NCBI GenBank assembly: GCA_000004985.1
Contig: GG739547.1
Source of the DNA: Naegleria gruberi
Lineage: Eukaryota
Direction: 5' to 3' (one strand)
DNA: 1,120 nt
Under the pieces are notes generated by a model. It had not been told where the DNA came from, ran no database searches, and saw nothing but the letters and a program-made list of their open reading frames with translations. Positions 1 through 1,120 of the stretch are shown one piece after another (within the stretch, counting starts at the first letter, position 1; every line of letters begins with the position of its first letter). Both the position numbers and the translations under genes were made by a program.

Positions 1-40
1 TCTAATTACACCATATAAACCAATTCTGCATATAACAGAC

Positions 41-451
41 ATGATTGATGAGGAATTATTGAAGGATGAGGAAATAATTTTGGATTTTGCGAATTATAAT
101 TTGAAAAATTGTTCAAGGTTTAATAGAGGTTCAATATTGAGTGATTTATTGAATGGAGAAAGGAGAGATGTTGGATTAAAGTTTTTAGCAATGCATTATG
201 AAGAATATAGACAGTTTACAGATGAATACGGGTTTTCATCGGATGATATTATGTTCATGGTGAAACAAAATGGATTAATTCTTGAAATATTTACAAATCA
301 TCGTTCGTGTAGAGATATTGTGAGAGAGGCAGTTCAGCAAAATCCATCAGTTTTGGATTTAATGTGTAACAACTATATTTCTAAGGAGGTATTTTTGGAA
401 GGAGAGTATATTAATATCCAAAATCCATCCCAAACCAGTTTTTGGATATAG
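41..451 (+). CDS. 5' portion of a DUF4116-like repeat protein gene, as the ORF currently stands. The last 16 sense codons (401-448) and the TAG stop at 449-451 lie inside the left TIR of the inserted element; host-derived coding sequence ends at 401. The frame is open from position 2, so the true start may be ATG 41 or upstream of the window.
   Basis: The 136-aa ORF contains repeat units DDIMFMVKQNGLILEIFTNHRSCR and DIVREAVQQNPSVLDLM. These match the DUF4116 (PF13475-like) pattern, which I recognise from memory rather than from a search. There is no in-frame stop between position 2 and 41. Arginine is encoded by AGA/AGG, consistent with an AT-rich genome. No Shine-Dalgarno-like sequence is evident upstream of ATG 41. 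Confidence 0.6.
   Translation: MIDEELLKDEEIILDFANYNLKNCSRFNRGSILSDLLNGERRDVGLKFLAMHYEEYRQFTDEYGFSSDDIMFMVKQNGLILEIFTNHRSCRDIVREAVQQNPSVLDLMCNNYISKEVFLEGEYINIQNPSQTSFWI
394..401. repeat. Target-site duplication, left copy (TTTGGAAG).
   Basis: Perfect 8/8 direct repeat of 816-823, immediately abutting the outer end of TIR-L. It is not palindromic, so it is distinct from the inverted repeat. Confidence 0.7.
402..451. repeat. Left terminal inverted repeat (TIR-L).
   Basis: GAGAGTATATTAATATCCAAAATCCATCCCAAACCAGTTTTTGGATATAG. It pairs with the reverse complement of 765-815. Confidence 0.8.
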
Positions 452-468
452 GTGAATAAAAAATCGGC

Positions 469-766
469 AAAAAGCCAAATTGAACCAAAAAGCCAAAATC
501 TAAATCCAAAAATAAGTCAAGAAATTTCCACTAAAAAATGAATTATTTCAAAAATAAAATATTCCAAATTTATATCGAAAAATTGTTGATTTATTGCAAT
601 TAGTATTGATAATAATCTAATAAATATTCGTAGTGTGATTTGCCTGCATTCCTTGTTGACAATTGCTCAAACACAACACATTTTCAAATAATATTATCCA
701 ATCCGAGATTTATCGAAAAAGCCAAGCCCGTAAAAATTCAGCCAGATTGCCCTTTTTAAAAAGCCA
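469..766 (+). repeat. Dispersed subterminal direct repeats inside the element. AAAAAGCCA occurs four times (469-477, 487-495, 716-724, 758-766), and TTTAT(A)TCGAAAAA occurs twice (about 567-581 and 708-720).
   Basis: Read directly from the sequence. All copies are in the same orientation and cluster just inside each TIR. The left pair is spaced 18 bp apart. Confidence 0.5.
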
Positions 767-815
767 TATCCAAAAAAAGCGGTTTGGGATAGATATTGGA
801 TATTAATATACTCTC
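765..815. repeat. Right terminal inverted repeat (TIR-R).
   Basis: The reverse complement of 765-815 is GAGAGTATATTAATATCCAATATCTATCCCAAACCGCTTTTTTTGGATATG. The first 20 nt are identical to TIR-L. There are 4 substitutions and one 2-nt T-run length difference over the rest. Confidence 0.8.
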
Positions 816-1120
816 TTTGGAAGCCATTGATAGGAGGACAGATTTTGGAAGTTCATTCTCTATTCCTAACAATTTGATTGAAGATAGGGATGTAGTGTTA
901 AAAGTTGTGGAAAAACATGGAGTTGCTTTGGAACAAGTAAGTGAGACATTTAAATCGGATAGGGAAATTGTATTGACCTCAATTAGGAATAACGGATTGG
1001 CTCTGAGATATGCTAATAAGATATTCTTAACCGATAAGGAAATAGTGAGAGAGGGTCTTTGCGCAAATGGATCAATATTAAATTTTCTATGCAATGAATA
1101 TAAGAACGATAGAGAATTGG
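793..1120 (+). CDS. 3' portion of the same DUF4116-like repeat protein gene. The frame is open from the TAG at 790-792 to the window end, and host-derived sequence resumes at 816/824. There is no in-frame ATG, and the gene continues beyond 1120.
   Basis: Frame 1 (codon starts at positions of the form 3k+1) translates to ...AIDRRTDFGSSFSIPNNLIEDRDVVLKVVEKHGVALEQVSETFKSDREIVLTSIRNNGLALRYANKIFLTDKEIVREGLCANGSILNFLCNEYKNDREL. This has at least three tandem repeats of about 25 aa of the form D+EIVLxxxxxxGxALxYAxxxxxxD+E. There is no stop through position 1120. The only ATG nearby (917) is out of frame. Confidence 0.6.
   Translation, partial: MLDINILSLEAIDRRTDFGSSFSIPNNLIEDRDVVLKVVEKHGVALEQVSETFKSDREIVLTSIRNNGLALRYANKIFLTDKEIVREGLCANGSILNFLCNEYKNDREL
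816..823. repeat. Target-site duplication, right copy (TTTGGAAG).
   Basis: Perfect 8/8 direct repeat of 394-401, immediately abutting the outer end of TIR-R. Confidence 0.7.

Larger units (their letters stand above)
402..815. mobile_element. MITE-like non-autonomous TIR transposable element of 414 bp. It has about 50-bp imperfect terminal inverted repeats, no coding capacity and an AT-rich interior.
   Basis: Left end GAGAGTATATTAATATCCAA (402-421) is identical to the reverse complement of 796-815, and overall arm identity is about 88% over 50 bp. The element is flanked by a perfect 8-bp direct repeat TTTGGAAG (394-401 and 816-823). The interior has no ORF above the six-frame track's reporting threshold. 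Excision restores the host reading frame. Confidence 0.75.
41..1120 (+). pseudogene. Insertionally disrupted DUF4116-repeat protein gene. The reconstructed intact coding sequence is join(<=41..401, 824..>=1120).
   Basis: Joining position 401 to 824 removes the element and one target-site-duplication copy. This gives ...ttt ttg gaa gcc att gat agg..., translating to ...ISKEVFLE-AIDRRTDFGSS..., which is in frame with both flanking ORFs and keeps the repeat architecture. In the current state the upstream ORF terminates in the TIR and the downstream part has no ATG. Confidence 0.5.

Noticed and set aside
2-40. Extending the CDS upstream of ATG 41, since the frame is open from position 2 (LITPYKPILHITD-M...).
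   Set aside because: It is not resolvable within this window. There is no upstream stop to bound it and no clear translation-initiation signal, so 41 is kept as the nominal start and the 5' end is flagged as possibly partial.
452-480. Possible rho-independent terminator after the TAG stop of ORF 41..451 (A-rich tract GTGAATAAAAAATCGGCAAAAAGCC).
   Set aside because: There is no GC-rich hairpin stem followed by a U-tract, only A-runs on the sense strand.
656-661. A perfect sigma70-type -35 hexamer TTGACA inside the element, possibly an outward-reading promoter toward the downstream gene fragment. Also noted were TTGATT at 587-592 with TAATAA at 610-615 at 17-bp spacing.
   Set aside because: No acceptable -10 hexamer lies 16-18 bp downstream of TTGACA (CATTTT), and the alternative pair has only a 3/6 -10 match. 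In DNA this AT-rich such hexamers occur by chance. It cannot be supported from sequence alone.
796-798. TTG at 796 as an alternative start codon for the downstream open frame (793..1120).
   Set aside because: It lies inside TIR-R, has no recognisable ribosome-binding site, and the downstream frame is better explained as the continuation of the interrupted upstream gene. Re-initiation cannot be excluded but is not supported.
402-815. Invertible promoter switch (inverton, fim-switch-like). Inverted repeats bracket a roughly 314-bp non-coding segment between two genes, and the spacer is coincidentally the same length as E. coli fimS.
   Set aside because: The inverted repeats are about 50 bp and imperfect, whereas invertons usually have short, near-perfect 9-30-bp IRs. 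More importantly the IRs are flanked by a perfect 8-bp direct repeat, which is a transposition footprint. Excision restores one continuous reading frame. A transposon insertion explains everything; an inversion switch does not explain the TSD.
756-1094. The 112-aa ORF on the - strand from the six-frame track.
   Set aside because: It lies entirely antisense to a + strand frame with strong DUF4116 repeat periodicity and no stops. Its composition is low-complexity, and its C-terminal similarity to the + ORF is explained by the TIR. It is most likely a shadow ORF.

Overview
The window is AT-rich (roughly 30% GC) and contains no RNA genes or CRISPR arrays. It appears to hold a single + strand gene for a DUF4116-type repeat protein (approximately 25-30 aa units of the form D+EIVLxAVxQNGxALxYAxxxxxxD+E). 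A 414-bp non-coding element at 402..815 appears to have inserted into this gene. The element has about 50-bp imperfect terminal inverted repeats (402-451 vs reverse complement of 765-815, about 44/50 identical with one 2-nt indel). It is flanked by a perfect 8-bp direct repeat, TTTGGAAG, at 394-401 and 816-823, which reads as a target-site duplication. Removing the element plus one copy of the duplication joins the upstream ORF (frame of 41..451) in frame to the downstream open frame (frame of 823..1120), and both sides carry the same repeat architecture. This is the signature of a MITE-like non-autonomous transposon interrupting a coding gene. The element's interior (452-764) has no ORF and carries four direct copies of AAAAAGCCA and two copies of TTTAT(A)TCGAAAAA. 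The - strand ORF 756..1094 in the six-frame track is most likely a shadow ORF. Its C-terminus resembles that of the + ORF 41..451 only because both read into the inverted-repeat arms. The host organism cannot be determined from this window. The AT-richness, AGA/AGG arginine codons and a DUF4116 repeat protein are compatible with an AT-rich intracellular bacterium, a protist or a large DNA virus.
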